A stretch of DNA of 64,000 nucleotides from an uncultured Planctomycetaceae bacterium (GTDB lineage Bacteria > Planctomycetota > Phycisphaerae > SM23-33), in contig CAZIAZ010000002.1 of assembly GCA_964536835.1 (NCBI GenBank), positions 4,912 through 68,911 on the forward strand, written 5' to 3'. The notes beneath the pieces were generated by a model, which saw only the letters and a program-made list of their open reading frames with translations, was not told the origin of the DNA and made no database searches. The stretch's first letter is position 1. Each line of letters opens with the position of its first letter. This document shows, in pieces, positions 28,956 to 38,760 of the stretch. A program made the position numbers and the translations under genes.

Positions 28956-30298
28956 GCCGCAGCCCTCCTGCGATTAAGCAATTTTAGCACGCACCAGCCG
29001 GTCACTCCAGCCCCGAGCAATACGAATCCGCTCCACACCCAGAAGATTCCGCAATTACGGCGGGCGAAAATTTTCACACTCATACCATCGATGTCATAAT
29101 CGGAAATCGTGAAATCATACCCGCCATAGCCGGCTGGCCTGTTTATGCCGATTCGCACAAATTTTTCGTCATCAAAAACGCATTCGGCAAAAACCTGTTT
29201 CTCCGGCTGTTCAAGGCGGAAAAGCAACCCTGCCCTGCCGTCGGAAATCCATTGCTGTTCAGTTTCATACAACGGCAACAGCGAAAATCTTACCTGCCTG
29301 TCATTTTCGACGGCAGCCGTCACGCCGGTCATGACCGTGCCGTCCCTGCGAAGCCGTAAAATCACAGCAAACGGACTTGCCCTTCCACCACGATTCACAC
29401 CAACCGGCAGATACATCAACATCCTGCCATCCTGCCCGAATACGTTCAGCCGTACCGTTTCTCCAGGCGAAAAAACATAATGTTTCCGGCCATTCGCATC
29501 AACCAGACTCACTGCGCGATTCACTCTGCCGTCGTCGGAATCAATCGCCATAATCTGTTCGTTCGAATTTATATCGAATCTGAGATTATCATAAAATTTT
29601 TCAATCGTCGCCGACAGATGCGTGAACATGTTTGAAACAATATCTATTTGCCGATTCTTTACCAGCGGTTCGTATTCCCAGCCGGCATTGTTCGGCCAGA
29701 TTAACTGCGGAAGCGTAAAACTGTCCGGAAGAATCCAGTCGAATTTTTCGCACATGATTTTTCGGCCAGGTATTACAAAACCCTTCATCGCAACAGGCAG
29801 ATTATCAACATTCCGAACCGGAGTCAGCCGGACTTCTCCTTTATCAGAACACGTTTCAAGGTATATTTTCCAGGCAAGCATGGAGTGCGCGACAGGATAA
29901 TACTCCACGCGAATGTTGCGCAATTTCATGACGATATCGCCCAGTTTAGCCGTCTGTCCCTCGCGAAGTTCCGTCCATGCCCGCGCCGGCGCAAGGCCTC
30001 GCCAGCCGCATACCCGTTCACTGCCGAGAAGCCCCCCGATAATGATTGCTGCACAGCCCAGGTGTACCGCCGCAATGAATAATTTTCGACGAATCAGATT
30101 GCCGGCCGCGACAAACAGAAACATAAATCCCAAGATACACCAGCACACGCCGGCGAAAGAAGAATTGAAAATCTCCGCCGCCCTGTCCGCCCCCATGAAT
30201 GCACCATATATGCAGACACCCGACAGCAGCAGCAATATTGCGGCAGCTGAAAACGACCCCAAACTTTTTTGGCGGAAAAATCTCATTCGTCCATCCAT
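28952..30298 (-). CDS. ccsB: ResB/CcsB-like cytochrome c biogenesis membrane protein
   Basis: N-terminal TMs carry a His in a transmembrane segment (AAVHLGCAAIIIGG). A large periplasmic domain and a C-terminal TM follow. A 4-bp overlap with the downstream ccsA-like gene. Confidence 0.45.
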   Translation of the reverse strand: MDGRMRFFRQKSLGSFSAAAILLLLSGVCIYGAFMGADRAAEIFNSSFAGVCWCILGFMFLFVAAGNLIRRKLFIAAVHLGCAAIIIGGLLGSERVCGWRGLAPARAWTELREGQTAKLGDIVMKLRNIRVEYYPVAHSMLAWKIYLETCSDKGEVRLTPVRNVDNLPVAMKGFVIPGRKIMCEKFDWILPDSFTLPQLIWPNNAGWEYEPLVKNRQIDIVSNMFTHLSATIEKFYDNLRFDINSNEQIMAIDSDDGRVNRAVSLVDANGRKHYVFSPGETVRLNVFGQDGRMLMYLPVGVNRGGRASPFAVILRLRRDGTVMTGVTAAVENDRQVRFSLLPLYETEQQWISDGRAGLLFRLEQPEKQVFAECVFDDEKFVRIGINRPAGYGGYDFTISDYDIDGMSVKIFARRNCGIFWVWSGFVLLGAGVTGWCVLKLLNRRRAAA

Positions 30299-30379
30299 GA
30301 CAAAGCCCAGCCATTGCTGACTGGGCTTTGAGTGTTATTGGCCATTTGATTTTTTAATTTTAAGCGATTTTGAGGAAAA

Positions 30380-31186
30380 TCACTTTGCGAATTCCGTCAA
30401 AAACGTTCCCTGCGGAACTATCCAGAGTTCGACGCGTCTGTTGAGGACGTTGCCGCGGTGGCCAGCCTTATTAGGTGCAATCGGATGATATTCGCCAAAA
30501 CCCATTACACACATGCGTGAAGGTGCAATGCCGGCTTTGACCATAGCCTTTTCAACGCCGACCGCGCGGTGCACGGACAGATACCAGTTGTCAGGATGAC
30601 GACGACGAGTACCCTCTTTGGCGATGGGCATATCATCGGTATGGCCGGCGATATAGATGCAGAAACTCTTGGCCTGCGGAGAATCAAGAATCCGGCCGAG
30701 TTTGTTCAGAGCCTCTGAAGCCTTCGGGTTCACCGTAGTGCTGCCCGGATCAAACGTCAGATCACTCTTGAGCTTGACCATGCCGTTTTGGGAATCGAAC
30801 GTCACAATATCAGGATTGGCCGCCGCAAATTCCTTCAACGCCATATCAAGGCCAGTCGGCAGTTTGCCTACTTCAAACTTGCGGTTTTTGAGTTTTTCGA
30901 TAAGCGCTTCCTGGTCTCTCAGCCTGGCAATAAGTTCTTCCTTGCCCTGGTCGAGCGACGCCAGCATGGCGTTTTTATCATCCAGAGCCTTTTTGGACTC
31001 GGCGAGTTCTTCTCGCAATTGGTCGCGTTCTATTTCCGCCTGATTCAGGTCCTGTTCCTGTTTTTCAAGACGGGCGCTAAGCGTACGGTTTTCAGCTTCC
31101 AGCTGTTTTATCCTATCGCAGCCCATAAACATGCCGGCAGCGACAACACATGTCCCAATAATCAATAAATTTTTCGTGGCATTCAT
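30380..31186 (-). CDS. OmpA/MotB-domain lipoprotein with a coiled-coil linker
   Basis: Lipobox at AAGMFMGC. A heptad-rich coiled coil (ENRTLSARLEKQEQDLNQAEIERDQLREELAESKK) precedes a C-terminal OmpA-like peptidoglycan-binding domain (GHTDDMP...NRRVEL). The start is set to MNATKN, which has an AAAGGGG SD. The table ORF runs to 31276. Confidence 0.65.
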   Translation of the reverse strand: MNATKNLLIIGTCVVAAGMFMGCDRIKQLEAENRTLSARLEKQEQDLNQAEIERDQLREELAESKKALDDKNAMLASLDQGKEELIARLRDQEALIEKLKNRKFEVGKLPTGLDMALKEFAAANPDIVTFDSQNGMVKLKSDLTFDPGSTTVNPKASEALNKLGRILDSPQAKSFCIYIAGHTDDMPIAKEGTRRRHPDNWYLSVHRAVGVEKAMVKAGIAPSRMCVMGFGEYHPIAPNKAGHRGNVLNRRVELWIVPQGTFLTEFAK

Positions 31187-31277
31187 AATAAAGCCCCTTT
31201 CGTTTTTCTGATTTTTTAACAATTTTTTTAAAAAATACCGGCTATCTATCAAGCCGATATGATAGTTTGAAAACATT

Positions 31278-32144
31278 TTATTTGGTCTGGAAGGCTTTGC
31301 CGACTATCATGCCTGCGCCGCCGGCTATCACGGAGAACACTACGACTATTGCTAGTACCATGCCCATGTTCGCCTGCATTGCCGAGAGATATCCCGGCAC
31401 GCTATCGCCGGTCATCGCCGCCAGCCCAGCCATAAGGCCCATGAAACCAGCCAGACACGCACCTACCAGCAAGCCGGTAAAAACGCCGCTGGTCGGGTCT
31501 ATTTCTTCCACAAATGTCGGCGGTTCGTAGCTGATGGCCGGCGAAGCAATGGTGCTCATGGACGTATCAACGTCGCCGGACTCCACCAGGCCACTGCCCA
31601 AACCGCTGCCCAGCCCGCTGCCGCTCATGCCTTCCACATCCAGATTGTCAAGCAGGTCAAGGTCCGCACCGAGCGATGTGTCGTCGCTCTCGCGCGTGAG
31701 ATCAAGCAGGCCACTGCCGCTTCCTACGCCGCCGAGCGCGACTTCATCGTCAACATTCGGAGCCGGCGCCGTATCCGACAATGTGCCGGCGTTGTCTATC
31801 TGAAGGTCTTCATCATCGAATATGCTGATGCCTTCGGACGTGATAACGGTATCTTCTTTGCCGCCGACGGAGATTTCCGCGGCATCATCCAGTTCGGAAA
31901 GATTTATGGCGTCAGCGTCGGCACTACCGGCAGCAGTAGCGGCAGTACCCAGTGATTCGGCGAGCTTGTCGACATCGCCGGCTTTGAAAACGTGTTTGGC
32001 TCCGTCCTGATACATCTGCAGCTTAGCCGTATTGACGAACTGTTCCATCAGTCCGCCGCTGTTTACGCCCAGCTTCTGACAGGTTTCCTCTTCGGAGTAA
32101 TACATCTTGGCCATTTCTGACTCCTGGGGTTGCGTCCGGTTCAC
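31278..32144 (-). CDS. hypothetical membrane protein with a Gly/Ser/Leu/Asp-rich repetitive linker
   Basis: The N-terminal region is soluble. A low-complexity acidic stretch (SGSGLGSGLGSGL) follows, then two C-terminal TM helices. Confidence 0.35.
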   Translation of the reverse strand: MNRTQPQESEMAKMYYSEEETCQKLGVNSGGLMEQFVNTAKLQMYQDGAKHVFKAGDVDKLAESLGTAATAAGSADADAINLSELDDAAEISVGGKEDTVITSEGISIFDDEDLQIDNAGTLSDTAPAPNVDDEVALGGVGSGSGLLDLTRESDDTSLGADLDLLDNLDVEGMSGSGLGSGLGSGLVESGDVDTSMSTIASPAISYEPPTFVEEIDPTSGVFTGLLVGACLAGFMGLMAGLAAMTGDSVPGYLSAMQANMGMVLAIVVVFSVIAGGAGMIVGKAFQTK

Positions 32145-32563
32145 TTCTCGACATTGTCAGCCGGCATTGCAAGCCTGTGCTGCCTGCCGACCAGATCTCG
32201 CACTTCACGCGGTGTAGGGTCGGACGTGTTGAACTCATCGAGATTCACATCGAAGCGATACGTCCTGGCCGACATCAGCCGCAATTTCCGATCACCCGGA
32301 CTATACTGATATACACAAATCGTCTGATTTTCATAATCGACAAGGTACAATCCGTAAGTGTTCGAGGATATCTGGCCGGCAACTATGTATACGCCGTTAT
32401 TGCCGGCGCCAACTGCTGGCGTCTGAGCCACTGCATTATCCATCGACACAAACAAACCCGTCAGAAGCGCTCCCGCCGCCATAAACAGAACAGCGAGAAC
32501 TCCCAGACGCAAAATACCCATCTGTCGAATCTGTAAACCCATAGCGGGCAATTCTCTATCCAA
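32141..32563 (-). CDS. hypothetical secreted protein
   Basis: 140 aa with a signal-peptide-like N-terminus (ILRLGVLAVLFMAAGALL). A 4-bp overlap with the downstream ORF. Confidence 0.3.
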   Translation of the reverse strand: MDRELPAMGLQIRQMGILRLGVLAVLFMAAGALLTGLFVSMDNAVAQTPAVGAGNNGVYIVAGQISSNTYGLYLVDYENQTICVYQYSPGDRKLRLMSARTYRFDVNLDEFNTSDPTPREVRDLVGRQHRLAMPADNVEK

Positions 32564-32716
32564 ATTTTATCATTTCAGGCCTATTGACACATTTGTCGCA
32601 ATTTATTATCCGCTGATTATAGTGACGGGAAGTCGGATAATGCAAGATTTTTTTCGATGCATTGACATGCTTTGGCGAAAAAAGATACCATCTGACGGCC
32701 TGTCCGCCATATAGAT

Positions 32717-33634
32717 TTATTTTTCCCTTTTCGGCTGTTTATTGCCGGTCAGCCGGTCAAGCTGTTCGGCAAACCACTTATCGCCCATGGCGATTATGCT
32801 CAGGTGCGAGGCAATACCGACGGTTTTAAGCTCCTTTTTGCCGCCAGCCGCCTCGTAAACCGCCTTTCCCTGTTCATAAGGCACTATGGCGTCCAATCTT
32901 CCGTGTATGACAAGCAGGGGACATCTGATTTTTCTGGCGGCGGCGATTACATCCGCGTCGTCAGGCTGAAAACCGGCGATTTCACCCGCACGAGCCCAAG
33001 CCGCCGCAAACTGCTCATCGGAAATATAGCCGGAATGATGGTGGAGGACTGTTCTGGCGTCGGAGTAGGGTGCGATGGCAACGACGGCTTTACAGCGGGA
33101 ATCGTCAGCGGCATAGAGTATGGCGGTGGCTGCGCCCATTGAAAAACCCATCGCGTAAAGCGGCTGGTTAATTACGTGTTCATTCAGAAGATAGTCGGCT
33201 ATCGCCAGTACGTCCCGCCGTTCCACCGCACCAAACGTGACATATTTGCCGCCGCTTCTGCCGTGCGCTCGCATATCGTTCAGAACTACGTCATAACCAT
33301 CACCGGCGAGCGTTTCACCAAGGCTGAGCATATTGCGCTTGGAATCTTCAAACCCGTGCAGAAGCATGACCGTACCCTTGGTCTTTTCATATTCGCGTTT
33401 TTTGCTGAAAATCACCCACACGTCAAGATTTATGCCATCGGCGGCTTTTATTACGTAATGTTTATCTATCGTGCCGAGCTTAATCATGGAGTCGACATCA
33501 TGCGTCATCGCCTCAAGTCGCCCCATCGACGTATCCTGCTCCAGAATTCGCCGTGCATTATCTTCCGTCGAACAGCCGCCGCACGCGCAGCCTGCGATAA
33601 CTGTCATCAAAATGAATCGCAAAAAATTTCTCAT
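32717..33634 (-). CDS. alpha/beta hydrolase lipoprotein
   Basis: Lipobox AGCACGGC. Nucleophile elbow GFSMG. An HG pair lies near VMLLHGFEDS. Confidence 0.7.
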   Translation of the reverse strand: MRNFLRFILMTVIAGCACGGCSTEDNARRILEQDTSMGRLEAMTHDVDSMIKLGTIDKHYVIKAADGINLDVWVIFSKKREYEKTKGTVMLLHGFEDSKRNMLSLGETLAGDGYDVVLNDMRAHGRSGGKYVTFGAVERRDVLAIADYLLNEHVINQPLYAMGFSMGAATAILYAADDSRCKAVVAIAPYSDARTVLHHHSGYISDEQFAAAWARAGEIAGFQPDDADVIAAARKIRCPLLVIHGRLDAIVPYEQGKAVYEAAGGKKELKTVGIASHLSIIAMGDKWFAEQLDRLTGNKQPKREK

Positions 33635-33707
33635 TATTCCTTCCCCGATTCATATGAAACGGGCCTGTCAAATGACAGGCCCGAAAATCAGCTATCAGCA
33701 GCAGCCG

Positions 33708-34688
33708 TTATTTTACTTCTACAGCCTGCTTTTTTGCCGGAGTTTTTTTTACAGCCTTGGCTGCCTTGTTTTTCGCGGAAACTTTTTTCTTGCCGACCTG
33801 GTCTTTAGCAACTTTTTCAACCTGCCTGGCTAGCCAGCCGTCGTAATCCATGCCAATGATAATCTGTTCAGGCGATCCGGCGAGAACGACTTTCAATTCT
33901 TTTGGTTTGTTGGCTACAGCGAAGATTGCTTCGCTGTCTGAAACCGGCACTATCAAATCAGCCGTTCCGTGTATCAGGTACAGCGGGCATGTGAGATGTC
34001 TTGCGGATTCGAGCGCCGATGTGCCGCGCGGGTCGAAACCGGCGTCTTCTTTGGCATTTTCAAGAGCCTTGTTGAGGTCTTCGGGGCTGGCGAACAGGCC
34101 GAGGTCGCGTTTGAACTTGGTAACGGTGTCCTGCCATGGGCCAATCGCAACCACGCCTTTTACTCGCGGGTCGATTTCAGCATAAAGTATGCCTGTAACC
34201 GCGCCATAGTTCACGCCGAAGACATAGAACGGCTGGGCGATTTTGCCCTCGGCGGAGAGCTTGTCCATTATAGCCTTGACGTCGTCTTTCTCCTTGGCGC
34301 CGCAGGTAATGTATTTGCCGCCGCTGTCGCCGTGATGACGGAGGTCGACAAGAACAACATCATAGCCGTCGGCGGCAAGTTTTTTGCCCATGCCCATGTA
34401 GTTGGCCTTGCTCTCGTAAAGGCCGTGAAGAATGACCGCCGTGCCTTTCGATTTGCCGTGTGCGTCTATGGACCAGTAAGCTATTTTAACGCCATCGGCT
34501 GAGGTAATTTCACCGGCTGCTTCGAGTTTTTTCTGAGCCACCAGCTTGTCGCCATCGCCAGCAAGTTCCATAACTATATTATTCTGTGAAGAAGTGGTGA
34601 CCTGCAAATTGCGATTTTCATTCTCGTCGCATCCTGCCAACACCCATGCCGCCGCCACCGTAACTATAATCAACGCCTTCGCTTTCAT
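33708..34688 (-). CDS. alpha/beta hydrolase lipoprotein, a paralogue of 32717..33634, with a Lys-rich C-terminal tail
   Basis: It shares the block HGLYESKANYMGMGKKLAADGYDVVLVDLRHHGDSGGKY with the neighbouring gene. Lipobox VLAGC. The start MKAKAL has an AGGAGA SD. Confidence 0.7.
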   Translation of the reverse strand: MKAKALIIVTVAAAWVLAGCDENENRNLQVTTSSQNNIVMELAGDGDKLVAQKKLEAAGEITSADGVKIAYWSIDAHGKSKGTAVILHGLYESKANYMGMGKKLAADGYDVVLVDLRHHGDSGGKYITCGAKEKDDVKAIMDKLSAEGKIAQPFYVFGVNYGAVTGILYAEIDPRVKGVVAIGPWQDTVTKFKRDLGLFASPEDLNKALENAKEDAGFDPRGTSALESARHLTCPLYLIHGTADLIVPVSDSEAIFAVANKPKELKVVLAGSPEQIIIGMDYDGWLARQVEKVAKDQVGKKKVSAKNKAAKAVKKTPAKKQAVEVK

Positions 34689-34851
34689 GTTGCAGTCTCC
34701 TTGAAAGAAGTCCCTTATGCACATGCAATACGCTGATATTGTGTCACTCCTCAGCCCAAAATGCAAGTGTCTGATACAAAAAACGATGGCAAAACCGTAT
34801 ACTGTCGCGATACGGCGTCTATCGTTGCGACGTACAAGCAGACGAACGATT

Positions 34852-36102
34852 TTACAGTTTGTCGTTTGGCAGCGGGAATCGTTTACAAAGGTCGTGTATT
34901 TTCGCGGCGGTTCTGTTTATGACGGCAGTATCGCCGTTCGACATCAGTACCGTATCCATGAGGTCAGCCAATACGTTTATTTCATCCTTGCCCAAGCCGC
35001 GAGTTGTGATTGCCGGCGTGCCGATACGAAGACCTGACGTCTTGATAGGCGGCCGCGGGTCGTTGGGAATGGCATTTTTGTTGCAGACTATCTGTGCCGC
35101 GTTCAGCCAGTTGGCTGCATCATGGCCGGTAACGTCGGGCAGCTTGCTCCGCAAATCCACCAGGAACAGGTGATTATCCGTGCCGCCGGAAACTATCCGC
35201 CAGCCTTTTTCGTGCATTACGCCTGCAAAATATCGGGCATTTTTAATTACATTTGCGATATATTCGTGAAAAGACGGCTGAAGCGCTTCGTGGAACGACA
35301 CCGCTTTTGCGGCGATGGCGTGCATGAGCGGGCCGCCCTGAATGCCGGGGAAAATTGCCGTATCAATCTTTTTAGCCCACTGCTGCCTGCACAGAATCAG
35401 GCCGCCACGAGGGCCGCGAAGAGTTTTGTGATTCGTAGTCGTTATGAAATCAGCGTGCGGGAACGGATGAGGATGCTGGCCGGTCACGACAAGGCCGGCG
35501 ATGTGAGCCACATCGCACATCAGCAGACAGCCGACTTCCCTGGCGATTTCGCCGAAAGCCGCAAAATCTATCTGCCGCGGATACGCACTTGCGCCGGCGA
35601 CGATGATAGCCGGCTTTTCCGTCTTCGCCTGCTGCCGGATTTTATCCATGTCCAGCCGCTCACTATCGCTCTCCACGCCGTAAAATACCGTCTTATACAT
35701 CTTGCCGGACAGATTTATCGGCAGGCCGTGCGAAAGATGGCCGCCGTGAGCCAGGTTCATGCCCATGATTTTATCGCCCGGGTTGATGGCAGCCAGGTAG
35801 ACCGCCAGGTTTGCGTTTGTGCCGCTGTGCGGCTGAACGTTGGCGTGTTCGGCGTTGAAAAGTTTTTTGGCGCGGGTGATGGCGAGGGCTTCTACTTCGT
35901 CGACGGCTTCACAGCCGCAGTACCAGCGCTTTTCAGGATAACCTTCGGCGTATTTGTCGGTAAGAACCGACCCCAACGCCTGAAGTACGGGTATGGAAAC
36001 GTGATTTTCCGACGCTATCAGTTCAATCGTATTGCGCTGACGGTCGTGTTCCTTTTCTATCAATGCCTTTATTTCAGGGTCTTCCTGTGCCAGTCTGTCC
36101 AT
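34852..36102 (-). CDS. glyA: serine hydroxymethyltransferase
   Basis: Highly conserved SHMT N-terminus ([31 protein letters not shown]) and the PLP-lysine region [14 protein letters not shown]. Confidence 0.9.
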   Translation of the reverse strand: MDRLAQEDPEIKALIEKEHDRQRNTIELIASENHVSIPVLQALGSVLTDKYAEGYPEKRWYCGCEAVDEVEALAITRAKKLFNAEHANVQPHSGTNANLAVYLAAINPGDKIMGMNLAHGGHLSHGLPINLSGKMYKTVFYGVESDSERLDMDKIRQQAKTEKPAIIVAGASAYPRQIDFAAFGEIAREVGCLLMCDVAHIAGLVVTGQHPHPFPHADFITTTNHKTLRGPRGGLILCRQQWAKKIDTAIFPGIQGGPLMHAIAAKAVSFHEALQPSFHEYIANVIKNARYFAGVMHEKGWRIVSGGTDNHLFLVDLRSKLPDVTGHDAANWLNAAQIVCNKNAIPNDPRPPIKTSGLRIGTPAITTRGLGKDEINVLADLMDTVLMSNGDTAVINRTAAKIHDLCKRFPLPNDKL

Positions 36103-36382
36103 TTTCAGCCTTTCCTTGCTTCATTAATTCAAAATTGAAGACGCAGAGTTTAACTCTCCACCCAATTTTTCGCAAGCCATTAGGCAGGATTTTCTTAATC
36201 AACTGATGGAATATTTGCCGAAAATGGTATAATAACTACCCAAATACTTTATCCGAAGGAGTTTTACGGTTTTAGCGCAAGCCTGCTGGGCTGCCGCTAA
36301 AGAAAGATTCAGGCGTCAGCCTTTTTACGGGGCTGCAATGTGCCCTTGAAAAACCGTAAAATCATGAAGGACTTCTCATAAA

Positions 36383-37105
36383 ATGCCGCACGAACAGATG
36401 AATATAAAACAGCTGGCATCATATCTTTCGATGGATGCGAGAGAATTGCATAAGCTCGCTTCACGCCAGAAGTTACCCTGCCGCAAAACCGGCGGCAATT
36501 TCATTTTTACCAAATGTGAAATCGACCGGTGGGTCTGGGACACTTTAAATGAATTCAACAGCCGTGAACTTCAGGGCATTGAGCGCGGCGTCGCCAAACA
36601 TCACGGCTTCAATGCCGACATACCGATAATCTGCCCGCTGGTACATAAAAACACGATGGTCATGCCACTCAACGTTCACTCGCAGGACGCCGTCCTGCGC
36701 GGCTTGGTGGATTCAGCCGACGCAGCAGGCCTGATTTATGACAGGGAGCATCTTCTTGGCGAATTGAAAGCCAGAGAGCAGCTTTGCAGCACAGCCATCC
36801 TGCCGGGCGTCGCTTTACCGCATCCACGACAGCCTCTGCCATACGATATTGCGGAATCTTTTATAATACCGGGACTTACGCCTGCCGGCATACCATTCGG
36901 AGCGGAAGACGGCTCACTGAGCAGGCTGTTTTTTCTGATATGCTGCAAGGATGAACGGACGCATCTTCACGTGTTAGCCCGCATAGCACGAATCCTCGAC
37001 AAGCCCGGCATGATTGATATGCTTATGGAGTGCACCTCGCCAAAAGAATTTGGAGAAACTCTCGCCCATCGTGAAATAGAATTGATAGGCCTGCACGATG
37101 AATGA
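36383..37105 (+). CDS. PTS EIIA type-2 (PtsN/fructose-type) domain protein with an N-terminal excisionase/MerR-like HTH
   Basis: The N-terminal KQLASYLSMDARELHKLASRQKLPCRKTGGNFIF is a DNA-binding-like motif. The C-terminal EIIA-2 has the phospho-His region ALPHPRQ. Confidence 0.55.
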   Translation: MPHEQMNIKQLASYLSMDARELHKLASRQKLPCRKTGGNFIFTKCEIDRWVWDTLNEFNSRELQGIERGVAKHHGFNADIPIICPLVHKNTMVMPLNVHSQDAVLRGLVDSADAAGLIYDREHLLGELKAREQLCSTAILPGVALPHPRQPLPYDIAESFIIPGLTPAGIPFGAEDGSLSRLFFLICCKDERTHLHVLARIARILDKPGMIDMLMECTSPKEFGETLAHREIELIGLHDE

Positions 37106-37117
37106 TAAAATTGTGAC

Positions 37118-38569
37118 ATGATTCCATACGATGCCAAAAAATTCATTGCCGTCGTGACCATGCTAGCCGCATTAGGCGGTTCAGGTGTCTTTGCGCAAAC
37201 ATCCCAGCCATCGACTCAGGAGGCTCTGCGCAAGGAAATCATTGAGATGAGCAGAAACGACCGGCTTTCAAACCTTTTTACCAAAATATATCAAGCCGTC
37301 TCTCCCTCCGTCGTCGTAATCCATACCGCCAGAGTCTCCTCTGCCGACATTCTTTCATATTATCAGGACAGATACATTCGCGAACAGTTCAATCACGACT
37401 ATAACGTCGGCCTGGGCAGCGGCGTGATAATCGACGCAGAAAACGGGTACGTCGTCACGAACAATCACGTGGTGGCTAACGTTCAGCGTGTCGAAGTGAT
37501 ACTCAGTGACGGCAGGATTTTGAGGGCGCAGTGGGTGCGCAGCGACCCGCTCAGCGATATAGCCGTCATAAAAATACCGCCGCAAAATCTCACTGCTACG
37601 CCACTGGGCGACAGTGACCGGCTGGAGGTCGGCAGCCTGGTGCTGGCGTTCGGAGCTCCGCTGGGCCTGCCGCAGACCGTGACAGCAGGCATAGTCTCCG
37701 CAAAAGGACGCAAAACAACAGGCATGGATTACCAGGATTTCATCCAGACCGATGCCGCGATAAACCTGGGCAATTCAGGCGGCCCTCTGGTAAACATGCG
37801 AGGCGAAGTGGTCGGCATAAATACGCTGATACTCTCATCAACAGGCATGTATGCCGGCGTCGGCCTGGCGATTCCGTCCAACATGGTTCGGAACATAATG
37901 AAACAGCTCGTTCAAAAAGGGCTGGTAATGCGCGGCTACCTCGGCGCATACATTCAAAACGTCAGCCCGGCGCTGGCCAGAAACATGAATCTGCCGCATA
38001 ACAACGGCGCACTGATAACCAACGTGTTCACCGACAGCCCAGCCGGCAAAGCCGGCCTGCTGGAACGCGATTTCGTAATCTCGGTCAATAACAAAACCAT
38101 CCGCAACGCCAACGATTTGCGAAACGCCACCGCCTCTCTGATGCCGGAAGAAACCGCGACAATGAAAATCCTTCGCGACGGCAAAGAGATTGAATTAAAA
38201 GTGATTATGGGCCGCTCTCGCAGAAAGACGATTCCGCCGGCAAAAACATTTTTGAACCGACCGGCTGAAACATTCGAAGACCAGGTGGGTCTGTTCTGCA
38301 AAACGCTTACACCAACCACCGCCATACAGTACGGCTATGCCGCAGAAATGAACGGCGCAGTGGTGGCGAAAGTATTAGCCGGCAGCGAAGCGTTTGAAGC
38401 AAACATAGTACCCGGCATGCTCGTCACGCACGTAAACGACAATCCGATAAAATCGGAATCGGAACTGAAAACGGCTATCGACCGTTCGCGAGGTACGGGA
38501 ATACGGCTTACCGTCACGACACCTATCGGCGGAAAATGGTATATTTTCCTGCCGCTTGAAATTTTTTAA
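37118..38569 (+). CDS. Do/DegP/HtrA-family periplasmic serine endoprotease with two PDZ domains
   Basis: Catalytic triad context TNNHVV ... D ... GNSGGPLVN. Signal peptide present. 483 aa. Confidence 0.8.
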   Translation: MIPYDAKKFIAVVTMLAALGGSGVFAQTSQPSTQEALRKEIIEMSRNDRLSNLFTKIYQAVSPSVVVIHTARVSSADILSYYQDRYIREQFNHDYNVGLGSGVIIDAENGYVVTNNHVVANVQRVEVILSDGRILRAQWVRSDPLSDIAVIKIPPQNLTATPLGDSDRLEVGSLVLAFGAPLGLPQTVTAGIVSAKGRKTTGMDYQDFIQTDAAINLGNSGGPLVNMRGEVVGINTLILSSTGMYAGVGLAIPSNMVRNIMKQLVQKGLVMRGYLGAYIQNVSPALARNMNLPHNNGALITNVFTDSPAGKAGLLERDFVISVNNKTIRNANDLRNATASLMPEETATMKILRDGKEIELKVIMGRSRRKTIPPAKTFLNRPAETFEDQVGLFCKTLTPTTAIQYGYAAEMNGAVVAKVLAGSEAFEANIVPGMLVTHVNDNPIKSESELKTAIDRSRGTGIRLTVTTPIGGKWYIFLPLEIF

Positions 38570-38572
38570 TAT

Positions 38573-38741
38573 GACTGTACGCTATACAGGTACTTTTAAA
38601 AACTTTTTAACATGACCATTCTGAATATATAGGTTACTTTTAAAAATTTTTTAGAACGACCGTTCAGAATATATAGGTTACTTTTTAAAACTTTTTAATG
38701 CGACTGTTCAGAATATGCTATTTTAAAAATTTTGAAAAATT
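38573..38741. repeat. four imperfect tandem copies of a ~44-bp AT-rich unit (GACYRTTCWGAATATATAGGTTACTTTTAAAAAYTTTTTAA)
   Basis: Read directly: the unit starts near 38573, 38614, 38658 and 38702. The array lies between degP and the LysM lipoprotein gene. Confidence 0.7.
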
Positions 38742-38760
38742 AACGTGAAAGGATTTTTAT

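Noticed and set aside
35122-36138. 338-aa plus-strand ORF
   Set aside because: It is antisense to glyA.
38573-38741. possible CRISPR array
   Set aside because: The repeats are directly tandem with no intervening unique spacers. The unit is AT-rich and degenerate, and no cas genes are present.
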